DNA from: Nitrososphaerota archaeon
GTDB lineage: Archaea > Thermoproteota > Nitrososphaeria_A > Caldarchaeales > Calditenuaceae
NCBI GenBank assembly: GCA_041641295.1
Contig: JBEPYO010000001.1
Span: 192,001-256,000 of the forward strand
DNA length: 64,000 nt
Reading direction: 5' to 3'
Within the stretch, counting starts at the first letter, position 1. The number at the start of each line of letters is the position of its first letter. Under the pieces are notes generated by a model, which was not told where the DNA came from, did no database searches, and was given only the letters and a program-made list of their open reading frames with translations. The translations under genes and the position numbers were made by a program. Shown here one piece after another: positions 20,314 through 30,174 of the stretch.

Positions 20314-21873
20314 ACTCCTTCTCATAGCGGCGGATCTTAGGAGTTCTTCTCTTGCTTCCTCCTCCTTCCCCTCAAGCAGGGAGATTAGGAAGTTCTCCAC
20401 AGTGTTGACATATTTCCGGTCTGAGAGAGTCCGTGGCCCGCATTTAATTCCGAGCAACTCCTCTGCTGTAGCTATATCTTCCATGTAGCTGGGTATGAAG
20501 CGTTCCAGAAAGTTTAGTCCAAACACCTTCTGGACATGCTGTTCCCGCTCTGCGAGGATTGAGAGGTTCTCCCAGCTGAGGTGTCTTGCGGCGAAGCTAA
20601 GATCATGAACCAAGTTGACATGAAGCTCTCGGACAGCGTCGTATTCCTCCTCTCCCAGTTCTCTGAGGGCTCTTAGCCCGATTAGCTCGGGGGGTAGGCC
20701 GAGTGAGTAGAAGAAGGCTGTGAAGGGTATGGCTCTAGGTAGGGTTGTCCCTCTGAAGGACCTAGAGTAGCTGAATAGGCCTATGTGGAGTTTTCTAGCA
20801 CGCCTCTGCGGTATGAAGCGAGACTTTGAATTTACTTCTTCAGCGGCATTTTCGAGTGAGTCTCCGTAGCTCTTCATTAGTGTCGAGATGCTTTTCAATA
20901 CTGTCTCTTCATGCTCCTTCTCAAGGAGGATCGGGCTGCCGCCCGGCAGGCTTGTATTAAGTCTCTCAATTGCCCTGACAGCAAGCTCCTTGGGATGGTC
21001 GTATCTGAACGCGGATTGAATAGTAACTGTCCACACTCCCGCGTATTCCTCGGCAAACTTCTCCACATTCGTGGGTGAGTTGTGGCCCCTGAAGGGTAGG
21101 CATCCGGCGCCGATGATTGGGTATATTGGTATACCGAGCCTCTCGTTTAGGGCCTTGCACTTTGAGAGGGCTATTTTCGCCAATAGTGTTGCGGTTATGA
21201 ACCCGTAGGTTAGAGCGGGGTCTGACCGCGCTATGAAGACCCTGAGATAGGGTGGGGCGAAGAGCTCGACGTATTTGGTAATAATGTCATCGATTTTTAT
21301 AATAGTGTCTGCGTCCTCGAAGAGGGGAATTATCTCCAAGTCCTCCGGCGTAACGTCTCCTAAGAGGTCTCTAAGCGTGAACCCTCTAAAGTCTATAGAA
21401 GAGCTAAAAGGCTCTACGACGCTCCGCCTGTAAACCTCTCTCACTCTAACCATGTCTGTGTGACTGGATGTGAATGGGAGTATAACCTCAAAAACTGCAG
21501 CCCTGTCGCCGTTGTAGAAGATTCGGGCCACATCGTTGTGGCGAGGGATCGCTTGGAGAGACTCTAAGAAGACCTTCCTCTCAGCCACCTCTATCAGAGG
21601 ATTGGGGACCCTGAACGTGAGGAACACGTCGCGTCCGAGAACCTTCTCGCGGAAGTATTCCGGATAGGTGATTAGAAGTTTCCTTACAACGTATGGATCT
21701 ATGTCCTTCCCCTCGGCATCCCACATGACCTCTTGGCAACCATACTCGGAATAGGCGAGGTAGGCCTCCCTAACCTCGTCCTCACCCGCTATCACCTCAC
21801 CACTACACCAGGAGGGGAGAACAGCGTTATCAGGGTGCTGAGACGCCATAGTCCTCGGAATAAGTCTCTCCAA
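20305..21873 (-). CDS. ppcA: Archaeal-type phosphoenolpyruvate carboxylase
   Basis: MASQHPDN, WDAEGK, ARSDPA, LPFRGH, TIQSAFRYD, LPRAIPF. Confidence 0.95.
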   Translation of the reverse strand: MERLIPRTMASQHPDNAVLPSWCSGEVIAGEDEVREAYLAYSEYGCQEVMWDAEGKDIDPYVVRKLLITYPEYFREKVLGRDVFLTFRVPNPLIEVAERKVFLESLQAIPRHNDVARIFYNGDRAAVFEVILPFTSSHTDMVRVREVYRRSVVEPFSSSIDFRGFTLRDLLGDVTPEDLEIIPLFEDADTIIKIDDIITKYVELFAPPYLRVFIARSDPALTYGFITATLLAKIALSKCKALNERLGIPIYPIIGAGCLPFRGHNSPTNVEKFAEEYAGVWTVTIQSAFRYDHPKELAVRAIERLNTSLPGGSPILLEKEHEETVLKSISTLMKSYGDSLENAAEEVNSKSRFIPQRRARKLHIGLFSYSRSFRGTTLPRAIPFTAFFYSLGLPPELIGLRALRELGEEEYDAVRELHVNLVHDLSFAARHLSWENLSILAEREQHVQKVFGLNFLERFIPSYMEDIATAEELLGIKCGPRTLSDRKYVNTVENFLISLLEGKEEEAREELLRSAAMRRSLG

Positions 21874-22064
21874 CCCTGTGGAGAGCGAGAGAACCCCCTA
21901 TTTATCTTAGTAACTAAAGGAGGAATAGTGACGGCCAATGTTGTGCTGGGCTTTAAAATCTTCTGCCTCTCCTTCCGGTAACGCTTTGTCAGGGTAGTGG
22001 CTGGTAAATTGAGCTGTGAGGGGAGGGAAAATCTAAAGCAAGCTAGGCCATAAAGTATCGATGG

Positions 22065-22150
22065 GCCGGGGTGGCAGAGTGGATAATGCGCAGGCCTTGA
22101 GAGCCTGTGGCCCGTTTCGGGCCGCGAGGGTTCGAATCCCTCCCCCGGCG
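22065..22150 (+). tRNA. tRNA-Ser(TGA)
   Basis: Acceptor GCCGGGG/CCCCGGC, anticodon arm CAGGC-CTTGAGA-GCCTG, long variable arm, GGTTCGAATCC. Confidence 0.95.
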
Positions 22151-22212
22151 CCTTTTATAAACAGTGTTGCTGCATTCTCTTCCCTTCTGATAACTCATGC
22201 CTGATTAGACGT

Positions 22213-24531
22213 TCACCTTCTGAGCTGGGAAGACTTTAGCGCCGCTATTGCCGCCTGCCCCACTGCTATCCCTCCATCCCCCGCTGGCACCGTTTTAGGC
22301 ATAAGAACATCCACCCCCTTTCCCTCAAGAGCCTCCAACACTCCCCGAACTAGGTAGTCGTTTACAGCGGCACCACCCGACAGGGCTACAAGCCTGCGCC
22401 TCCCTATGAAGCGGCTTGCCACCAATCCCAGACCATACCCCACCGCGTGCTGCACCATGTAGCCTATCTCTCTCCTATCAGTGCCACATCTCAGGAGGTC
22501 GAGGGCCTGCAAGAGGATCTCGGCTGTATCCACGACGTATAGACCGTCGTCTCTGACGTGCACCTTAAGCCTCTCTGTAGTTGGCTTTGAGTTGTCCTCG
22601 AGGACGATTGCAGGCTCACCCTCATAGGTCCTCCGATCGCAGAATCCAAGCATTACGGATGCGGCGTCTAACACCCTTCCAGTGCTCGAAGTGAGTGGTA
22701 GGTCTCCTTCGAGCTGGTTCAACATGATGTTGAACTCCTCCCACCCCCTCCTTAACCCCCTCTCCACAATTCCCAACTCGCGAAAGACCTCTGCAAGCTC
22801 CTCCCTAGACAGCTTGTCCGAGAGTATTCCAGCCAACATCCTCGCGGGATATTCGACTGCGACGTCCCCTCCCGGCATTTTCTGGGGCTTGAGGCACCCC
22901 ACCCTCTTGAATCCGTTCAGGCTGGCGATAATCACCTCCCCGCCCCAAGCTGTACCGTCGTCTCCAAGCCCCACACCGTCAACCGCAATACCCACTACCT
23001 CCTCTTCAATGACGCCATGCTCCGCCATGACGGCCGCTATGTGGGCCCAGTGGTGCTGGACCTTAACTAGCTCGGCGCCAAACTTTCTTGACCATTCTTC
23101 GGCGAGGAGCGTTGAGGGGTAGAGGGGATGTAGGTCGGCCACCATGACTGATGACTCTACAGGTATCTGGTACGTCCTAATCAGCAGTCCCAAGTACTTC
23201 TCCAAGTCGAGGAAGGATCCATACTCGTCGACATCACCTATAAACTGTGTCAGGACTACCTTATCGTCAAACGCCACAGCACCAGCGCTCTGCAGCATAG
23301 CGCCAAACGCCACAACCTCCCTCGAGGCGCGGAATGGGAGCTGGAGCCACTTTGGTGCATATCCTCTACCCCTCCTCAGTAGTGTGAACCGTCCTGCCGT
23401 GAACCGGGCCACACTGTCATCCACTCGATTTACAATCACTCTATTGTGTGTGAGGAAGTAGTCGACTATTCCGCGCAGCCTCTCAAAGGCCTCGTCGTCT
23501 CTAGTGCACATGGGCTCGTTGTGGGGGTTGCCGCTCGTCATTATTGCGTACTTATCCCTTGTCCTTGAGAGGAGGAGGTAGTGTAGGCCGGTGTAGGGGA
23601 GGAAGACGCCGAGCTTCCTCAGGTTGGGGGCTACGAGGCGTGATATAGGCGCGTTCTCAAGAGTGGGTAGAAGCAGTATAGGCTTCTCGGGCGAGTCGAG
23701 TATTCTAATAGCGTCAGGTCCGAGTTCTACAAGGCGCGATACAGTGTCTATGTCCAAGCACATGACGGCGAAAGGCTTAGTTGGTCTCCTCTTCCTTGAG
23801 CGGAGCTCCGCTACAACATCATCATCGGTGGCCGAGGCGGCGATATGAAACCCGCCCAGCCCCTTTACGGCCACGATGTGCCCAGAGTCGATCAGCCTAG
23901 CAGCTTCATCGATAGCATCCACACCATCCGCCAACACCTCCCCCCTACCACTCTGGAGCCGGACACTCGGTCCGCAGACTGGACAGCTGATCCCCTGAGC
24001 ATGAAACCTCCTCTCATTCTCGGGGTCAGAGTAGTCTCTGAGGCAGTCTTGGCAAAGGGGGAAATCCCTCATAGCCGTGTTCTCCCTGTCGTATGGGATA
24101 CTGTATATCATGGAGTAGCGCGGCCCACAGAAGGCACATGAATTGAAAGGATATAGGTGCCAACGCGTCCTTGAGAGTATCTCTTCTAGACAATCCCTAC
24201 ATATCGAGAAGTCGGGTGGAATAATTGATCTGAAGTGCGCTGACGGGTCGCTTTGCTCGATCTTAAAATCTAGGTAGCCCTTAGGGGCTGTCTCTACGAT
24301 CGAGTACTCGTCTATCCTAGCCTTCTCTGGCTTCAACTCCCACAATAGTTTGATGAACTCCTCCACCCTCTCAGACTCGCCTTCCACATGAATCTCCACA
24401 CCGCTTCCTCCCACATTCTTCACATAGCCATTTACACCGGCCCGCCTAGCAACTCTAAAAACGAATGGCCTGAAGGCGACGCCCTGTACAATTCCTGAGA
24501 GCCTCAGCCTGACGGCCTTCAAGAGGTCCAC
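22213..24531 (-). CDS. hypF: [NiFe]-hydrogenase maturation carbamoyltransferase
   Basis: Acylphosphatase domain (VQGVAFRPF), two CxxC-x18-CxxC Zn fingers, KGLGGFH, DLHP, QHHWAH. Confidence 0.96.
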   Translation of the reverse strand: MDLLKAVRLRLSGIVQGVAFRPFVFRVARRAGVNGYVKNVGGSGVEIHVEGESERVEEFIKLLWELKPEKARIDEYSIVETAPKGYLDFKIEQSDPSAHFRSIIPPDFSICRDCLEEILSRTRWHLYPFNSCAFCGPRYSMIYSIPYDRENTAMRDFPLCQDCLRDYSDPENERRFHAQGISCPVCGPSVRLQSGRGEVLADGVDAIDEAARLIDSGHIVAVKGLGGFHIAASATDDDVVAELRSRKRRPTKPFAVMCLDIDTVSRLVELGPDAIRILDSPEKPILLLPTLENAPISRLVAPNLRKLGVFLPYTGLHYLLLSRTRDKYAIMTSGNPHNEPMCTRDDEAFERLRGIVDYFLTHNRVIVNRVDDSVARFTAGRFTLLRRGRGYAPKWLQLPFRASREVVAFGAMLQSAGAVAFDDKVVLTQFIGDVDEYGSFLDLEKYLGLLIRTYQIPVESSVMVADLHPLYPSTLLAEEWSRKFGAELVKVQHHWAHIAAVMAEHGVIEEEVVGIAVDGVGLGDDGTAWGGEVIIASLNGFKRVGCLKPQKMPGGDVAVEYPARMLAGILSDKLSREELAEVFRELGIVERGLRRGWEEFNIMLNQLEGDLPLTSSTGRVLDAASVMLGFCDRRTYEGEPAIVLEDNSKPTTERLKVHVRDDGLYVVDTAEILLQALDLLRCGTDRREIGYMVQHAVGYGLGLVASRFIGRRRLVALSGGAAVNDYLVRGVLEALEGKGVDVLMPKTVPAGDGGIAVGQAAIAALKSSQLRR

Positions 24532-24629
24532 CGATAAGACAAGCCTGGAGACTGTCTACCCATACCAAGCAGGTGTTGCGATATATTAAGATGATAACCT
24601 TATTAAATGTTTGAGATGTTATTATATTT

Positions 24630-25799
24630 GTGGGTCAGCAAGGCGATTTACGATATCTTACGAAAAAGCTGTTCCGAGACAAAGTACTGGCATCCCAGAT
24701 CATCAGGATAATTAAGGAGTATTGGGAGCTGCTACGCGCAAGAAAAGGTGTCGAAGAGGTTAAGATAATGAACTTCTGTGGAACCCACGAATACACTACT
24801 ACCCACTATGGGATTAGGAGCGTACTCCCCCCTGGTGTTAACCTTGTGGCGGGGCCCGGATGTCCTGTCTGCATCACTCCTTCTTTTTATGTGGAGGCTG
24901 CTGTGAAGCTTGCTTTGGAGGGTTTAACCCTCTACACGTATGGTGATGCGTATAAGCTCCCGGCTGTAAAGGAGATTGATGGGTGTAGGAGCCTCTCGGA
25001 TGCCAGGATGATGGGGGCTGATGTGCGGGTAGTGTACAGCTTTTTGGATGCGATAAGGGACGCAGCCAAGCACGATAAGCCTTCTGTGTTTTTAGCCGTC
25101 GGCTTCGAGACTACATGCCCTGCCTACGCCTCGGGCATTGTCAACAGGTTGGTCCCAGAGAATCTAGCGCTCATTATGGCTGGTAGGCTGACACCGCCGG
25201 CGGCAAGGTTTGCGGTGGAGAGGGTTGGAGCTGTCTCGGGCGTGATAGCCCCTGGTCATGTATCGACAATAACTGGCGCTGGTGTCTGGAGGTTCCTGCC
25301 AGAGGAGTTCGATATTCCCACCGTGGTCTCTGGGTTTGAGCCTCTCGACGTGCTGATAGCCATCACCCTTATTCTCAAACAGCTATTGGAGGATGAGCCT
25401 AAACTCGTGATAGAGTATTCTCGGACAGTGACTATGGAGGGGAACAGGCACGCGAAGAGACTCCTCGCTGAAGTCTTCGACACGGTTGATGCTGCTTGGC
25501 GGGGAATTGGGTTCATCGAGAAGAGCGGCTATGCTCTTAACGAAAACTTCAGCAGGTACGACGCATTTAGACTGTACGGTATTAGGGAGCCGAGCAGGGA
25601 GGAGTGGCGACACGACCTCCTCCCGGGCTGCATCTGTGGGCAAGTGATACTGGGAGCCGCTAAGCCCACCGACTGCAGACTCTTCATGAAGAGATGTACA
25701 CCAGGCACACCATATGGGCCTTGCATGGTCTCTGTTGAGGGGTCATGCTCAATCTGGGCTAGGATGGGTGGCCGAGAGGCCCTCGTAGAGGTGGTGTGA
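24630..25799 (+). CDS. hypD: Hydrogenase maturation protein HypD
   Basis: CGTHE, GPGCPVC, GFETT, PGHVS, GPCMVSVEGSC. Confidence 0.97.
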   Translation: MGQQGDLRYLTKKLFRDKVLASQIIRIIKEYWELLRARKGVEEVKIMNFCGTHEYTTTHYGIRSVLPPGVNLVAGPGCPVCITPSFYVEAAVKLALEGLTLYTYGDAYKLPAVKEIDGCRSLSDARMMGADVRVVYSFLDAIRDAAKHDKPSVFLAVGFETTCPAYASGIVNRLVPENLALIMAGRLTPPAARFAVERVGAVSGVIAPGHVSTITGAGVWRFLPEEFDIPTVVSGFEPLDVLIAITLILKQLLEDEPKLVIEYSRTVTMEGNRHAKRLLAEVFDTVDAAWRGIGFIEKSGYALNENFSRYDAFRLYGIREPSREEWRHDLLPGCICGQVILGAAKPTDCRLFMKRCTPGTPYGPCMVSVEGSCSIWARMGGREALVEVV

Positions 25800-25800
25800 C

Positions 25801-26097
25801 TTGTGTCTGGGAGTTTACGGTAAGGTGGTGAGGGTTGAGGGAGAGTTGGCAGTCGTAGACTTTGGAGGCGGGCTGATTAAGGATGCTCTTGTGGGTGTGG
25901 AGGAGGTTAGAGAAGGAGACTACGTAGTGGTTCACGCGGGCATTATAGTTTCGCGACTCAGTGAGGAAGAATTTACGGAAGTTTTTCGATATGTCGAGGA
26001 AGCTGCTAGACAGTTAGCCCAGACCGAGAGCAGGGTTGCCGAATACTTGGAGAGTATGAGGGTGAGGTTGCAGGAAAATCTCTCAGGACAAAAGTGA
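25801..26097 (+). CDS. hypC: Hydrogenase assembly chaperone HypC
   Basis: MCLG N-terminus, GDYVVVHAG. Confidence 0.95.
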   Translation: MCLGVYGKVVRVEGELAVVDFGGGLIKDALVGVEEVREGDYVVVHAGIIVSRLSEEEFTEVFRYVEEAARQLAQTESRVAEYLESMRVRLQENLSGQK

Positions 26098-26104
26098 TGG
26101 CACT

Positions 26105-27130
26105 GTGAGTAAGATCTCCCTCGCACATGGTTCTGGGGGGATAGAAACCTCCCAGCTACTAGCTAGGCTGATACTTAACAGGCTCCCAGAGTGGATGAAA
26201 AGCCCCGATGGAGGCTTAGGCCTAGACTTCCCAGACGACTCGGCGGCAATCCCAGTAGGCAGTGGCTACGTTGTAACAACAATTGACGCATACACTGTTA
26301 GTCCCATCTTTTTCCCCGGGGGAGACCTCGGCAAGCTGGCTGCGGCCGGCACTATAAACGATATACTCATGCTTGGAGGCAAGCCCGTCGCCGTTCTCGA
26401 CGCAATAGTTATCGAGGAAGGCACAAGCATGGACGACCTCTCCAGGCTCGTGGGGTCTATGATCAGTCTTTTGCAGGAGGAGAAGGTATGTCTCGTCGGG
26501 GGAGACATTAAGGTAATGCCGAGGGGACAGCTCGACGGCATTTTAATAACCACAGCCGGAATAGGAGTCGCGTCAAAAATAATAGCCGATAAGAACATCA
26601 GGCCGGGCGACAAGATAATCATCTCGGGCACCATCGGTGAGCATGGGGCGGCAATCCTAGCTGCCCAACAGGGGATAAAGTCTGATGAGTTTAAGAGCGA
26701 TGTGTCCCCACTGACCAAGCTGATGCTCCCCCTAATCGAGGACTATGCCGAAGACATTCACGCGGCTAGGGACCCTACACGGGGTGGAGTCGCCATGGCG
26801 TTGAACGACTGGGCTAGGGGCTCCCAGACCATGATTGTGATGTATGAGTCGGAGCTACCAATAAGAGAGCCGGTGGTAAACCTCTGCGAGATGATGGGAG
26901 TGGACCCTTTGAACCTCGCCTCTGAAGGTACAGCACTACTAGCCGTATCACCCGAGAAGGCGGAGGAAGTTCTGTCCCGGATGCATGAGCTGGGGTATAG
27001 GGAGGCGCGTATAATAGGCGAGGCTAGGGAGAGAGCCTCTAGCGTTGGGCTGGTTGTCCTAAAGACATTGATTGGAGGTGCGAGAATACTTGAGCCACCC
27101 AGTGGAGAGCTGGTTCCACGTATCTGCTAA
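26105..27130 (+). CDS. hypE: Hydrogenase maturation protein HypE
   Basis: LAHGSGG, FPGGDLGKLA, RDPTRGG, C-terminal PRIC. Confidence 0.97.
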   Translation: MSKISLAHGSGGIETSQLLARLILNRLPEWMKSPDGGLGLDFPDDSAAIPVGSGYVVTTIDAYTVSPIFFPGGDLGKLAAAGTINDILMLGGKPVAVLDAIVIEEGTSMDDLSRLVGSMISLLQEEKVCLVGGDIKVMPRGQLDGILITTAGIGVASKIIADKNIRPGDKIIISGTIGEHGAAILAAQQGIKSDEFKSDVSPLTKLMLPLIEDYAEDIHAARDPTRGGVAMALNDWARGSQTMIVMYESELPIREPVVNLCEMMGVDPLNLASEGTALLAVSPEKAEEVLSRMHELGYREARIIGEARERASSVGLVVLKTLIGGARILEPPSGELVPRIC

Positions 27131-27147
27131 GCGTTTGAGACCATATG

Positions 27148-28851
27148 CTATTGCCCGCCAGCCGAGCGGGCCTTCTCCTCCTCCCTGAGCACCCTCCTCA
27201 AGACTTTTCCAACCATAGTCGTCGGCAGCTCTTTTCTAAACTCAACCTCCCTAATCGCCTTGTATGGCGCGACACGCTCATTCACAAACTTCATAATCTC
27301 CTCCTCGGTTGCGGTCGCCCCCTCCTTCAAGACGACGAATGCCTTGGGGATCTCGCCTGCGACAGGGTCTGGCTTCCCCACTACTGCGGCAAGCTTCACC
27401 GCTGGGTGCTCGTAGAGTATATCCTCAAGCTCGCGTGGGTAGACGCTGTACCCCTTATACTTGATCAGGTCCTTCTTCCGATCGGTGATGTAGAAGTAGC
27501 CATCCTCATCCATCTTGGCGAGGTCGCCGGTGTAGAGCCATCCGTCGCGGAGAACCATGCGGGTCTCCTCAGGCCTCTTCCAATACCCCTTCATCACCTG
27601 TGGACCCTTCACCACAAGCTCCCCAACCTCACCGACCGGCAGCTCCCTAGTCCCCGTCTCAGCATCTACTATCTTTGCATCAGTGCTCGGCCAAGGTATC
27701 CCTATAGACCCTACCTTTACCGTCTTCATCGTGGGGTCAAGCGGATTACAGTGTGTGACTGGGGCAGCCTCGGTTAAACCATACCCCTCCACCAAAACCG
27801 CTCCCGTCAACTCCATAAACCTCTTCTGAACCTCGGGTGGAAGCGGCGCCGCGCCTGAAATGCAGAACTTCACCGACCGCAAATTGTATTTGGTGACCTG
27901 GGGGTGGTTGACTATCATCGCGTATAACGTGGGGACGCCTGGGAATAGTGTGACTTTGTACTTTTGAATCGACTTTAACACTTCGAGGACGTCGAAGCGT
28001 GGCAGCACAACCATCGTTCCCCCCGCATAGATTGTGAAGTTCATGCTGACTGTCATGCCGTATATGTGGAAGAAGGGGAGGACGGCAAGACCCACATCGG
28101 CACCCCTCTCAGCCCTAAGCCAAGCCGCGCATCCGACAACATTCGCCACAAGGTTTTCATGAGTCAGCATGGCGCCTTTTGGCAGACCTGTCGTACCGCC
28201 TGTGTATTGGAGCACGGCGAGGTCCTCCTTGGGGTTAATCTCCACTGTAGGCGGCTCTGGGGGAGTCTTCTCAACCAGCTCTTTGAAGAAGTATATGTTT
28301 GGCCTAGGCGGAATCTTAGCAGTCGGTATCTTCTTTAGCAGGGTTCCGAGAAACGCCTTAACACCGGGCATGTATTCACCCAGCCTCGCCACCACTGCAA
28401 ACTTAACCTGAGTCTTCTCCCAAACCTTCTCAAACCTCGGATATAGCGCATCGAGCAAAATTATGGCCTTCGCCTCGGAGTCAGTAAGCTGGAACTCAAG
28501 CTCTCTCTCGACGACAAGTGGGCTGATACCTGAGACGATGCCCCCGAGCTTTAAGATTGCGTAATAGGCAATTACGAACTGGGGCATGTTTGGAAGGTAG
28601 AGGGCGACTACATCACCCTTCCTAATTCCCAGCCGGTGAAGAGCAGTTGCGAAGCGGTCTACAAGGTTATTCAGCTCGCCATAAGTGATCCTCTTCCCGA
28701 AAAAGATGATACAGGTCTTTGATGGAAACTCTTTCGCACTCCTCTCGAGAAAAGTGTGTAATGGAACGTTTGGATAATCAAGTGTCTTTGGAACACCCTC
28801 AGGCCAAAACTTAAACCAGGGCCTTTCCAGAAAACTACTTCTTTCCTCCAT
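27148..28851 (-). CDS. fadD: Long-chain fatty-acid--CoA ligase
   Basis: YTGGTTGLPKG, EGYGLTE, TGD, DRKKDLI, GKVLRR. Confidence 0.93.
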   Translation of the reverse strand: MEERSSFLERPWFKFWPEGVPKTLDYPNVPLHTFLERSAKEFPSKTCIIFFGKRITYGELNNLVDRFATALHRLGIRKGDVVALYLPNMPQFVIAYYAILKLGGIVSGISPLVVERELEFQLTDSEAKAIILLDALYPRFEKVWEKTQVKFAVVARLGEYMPGVKAFLGTLLKKIPTAKIPPRPNIYFFKELVEKTPPEPPTVEINPKEDLAVLQYTGGTTGLPKGAMLTHENLVANVVGCAAWLRAERGADVGLAVLPFFHIYGMTVSMNFTIYAGGTMVVLPRFDVLEVLKSIQKYKVTLFPGVPTLYAMIVNHPQVTKYNLRSVKFCISGAAPLPPEVQKRFMELTGAVLVEGYGLTEAAPVTHCNPLDPTMKTVKVGSIGIPWPSTDAKIVDAETGTRELPVGEVGELVVKGPQVMKGYWKRPEETRMVLRDGWLYTGDLAKMDEDGYFYITDRKKDLIKYKGYSVYPRELEDILYEHPAVKLAAVVGKPDPVAGEIPKAFVVLKEGATATEEEIMKFVNERVAPYKAIREVEFRKELPTTMVGKVLRRVLREEEKARSAGGQ

Positions 28852-28877
28852 ACACCCCCCAATATATCATCCTTTGT

Positions 28878-28977
28878 ATAAAAACTTTTTATCCAGTCCA
28901 AGGTGACCTAGAACGGTTCAAGGAAGATCTTAAATCGAGACAGATTAACGAACCGTTTTCCTTGAACGCTTATATAA
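28878..28977. promoter_or_regulatory. Divergent promoter of fadD / acyl-CoA dehydrogenase operon with candidate operator repeats
   Basis: TTATATAA box 28970-28977 about 30 nt before ATG 29009; palindrome ATAAAAA-C-TTTTTAT 28878-28892; GAACGGTTC 28911 and GAACCGTTT 28950. Confidence 0.5.
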
Positions 28978-29008
28978 CTCTAAACACAATATACTATATC
29001 GAGCCCAT

Positions 29009-30160
29009 ATGGATTTTAGTCTTAGTGAAGAGCAGTTAGAGATTAAGAGGGCAGTCAGGGAATTTTGCGAGAAGGAGTTTAAACCCGAACTGGCTTTAGA
29101 GCTGGACCAGAAGGAAGAGTTTCCCATGGAGCTGTATAGGAAGGCTGCGAGCCTCGGTTTTGTCGGCATCGCAATCCCCGAACAATATGGTGGACAAGGC
29201 TACGGATACCTAGAGGCCTGCCTAGTAATTGAGGAGATGTGTAGGGCTGACTCCTCCCTAGGCCTCGCGACAATGATTGGGTCCTTTGGAAGCGAACTCA
29301 TACTCGTCCATGGCACTGAAGAGCAGAAAGAGAAATACATCCCAAAGGTAGCAAGAGGGGAATACATCTCGGCCGCTGCCTTTACAGAGCCTTCAAGGGG
29401 TAGCGACCTCACCAAAATGGACACGACAGCCGTCAAATATGGAGATGAGTGGAGGATAAATGGGACCAAAACCTTCATAACAAACGCGCCTATAGCGGAT
29501 TTTATCATAGTCCTTTGCCAGACAGACACCCGCGTCAGACCAACATACCGCGGACAAACCCTCTTCGTAATCGACAAGGGAACCCCGGGCCTCGAGGTGA
29601 CTAAACAGAAGAATAAGCTCGGTATAAGGTGTACAGCTACGGGCGAGGTCGCCCTTAGAGATGTTAGGGTCTCTGATGCAAATATTGTAGGCCAGCTTAA
29701 CAGGGGATTCTACCACTCACTAGAGTTTTTCGACCGGAGCAGGACTATTGTGGCGGCCCAAGCCGTGGGTACGGCCCAGGGGGCCTTCGAGATAGCTCTT
29801 AGATACGCAAAGACTAGGGAGGCCTTCGGCCAGCCCATTATACAGTTCGAAGAGATTGGGTGTAGGCTTGCCGAGATTGCGACCAAGATAGAGGCGGCTA
29901 GACTCCTCACATACAAGGCCGCCTCACTGATCGATAAAGGGCAGATGGACCCCATGCTGACATCGATGGCAAAGCTCTACGCGAGCAGGGTTGCTGTAGA
30001 GGCTACCGACGCTGCGATCCAGACGCTAGGAGGCTACGGATACATGGGCGAGTATAGGGTCGAGAAGTATTTCAGGGATGCGAAGATAACAGAGATATAT
30101 GAGGGGACTTCCGAGATACAGAAGCTCACAATATTGAAATACCTGCTACAGAAATACTAG
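29009..30160 (+). CDS. Acyl-CoA dehydrogenase
   Basis: FTEPSRGSD, GTKTFITNA, QTLGGYGY, IYEGTSEIQ. Confidence 0.95.
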   Translation: MDFSLSEEQLEIKRAVREFCEKEFKPELALELDQKEEFPMELYRKAASLGFVGIAIPEQYGGQGYGYLEACLVIEEMCRADSSLGLATMIGSFGSELILVHGTEEQKEKYIPKVARGEYISAAAFTEPSRGSDLTKMDTTAVKYGDEWRINGTKTFITNAPIADFIIVLCQTDTRVRPTYRGQTLFVIDKGTPGLEVTKQKNKLGIRCTATGEVALRDVRVSDANIVGQLNRGFYHSLEFFDRSRTIVAAQAVGTAQGAFEIALRYAKTREAFGQPIIQFEEIGCRLAEIATKIEAARLLTYKAASLIDKGQMDPMLTSMAKLYASRVAVEATDAAIQTLGGYGYMGEYRVEKYFRDAKITEIYEGTSEIQKLTILKYLLQKY

Positions 30161-30174
30161 GAGTGTGATGAAAG

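Noticed and set aside
21733-22060. 82-aa ORF or possible ncRNA upstream of tRNA-Ser
   Set aside because: Overlaps the ppcA start and promoter region; no motif or clear structure
27145-27777. 210-aa plus-strand ORF and the many other antisense ORFs in the track (e.g. 10564-11133, 37225-37926)
   Set aside because: Shadow frames of well-supported genes with no recognisable motifs
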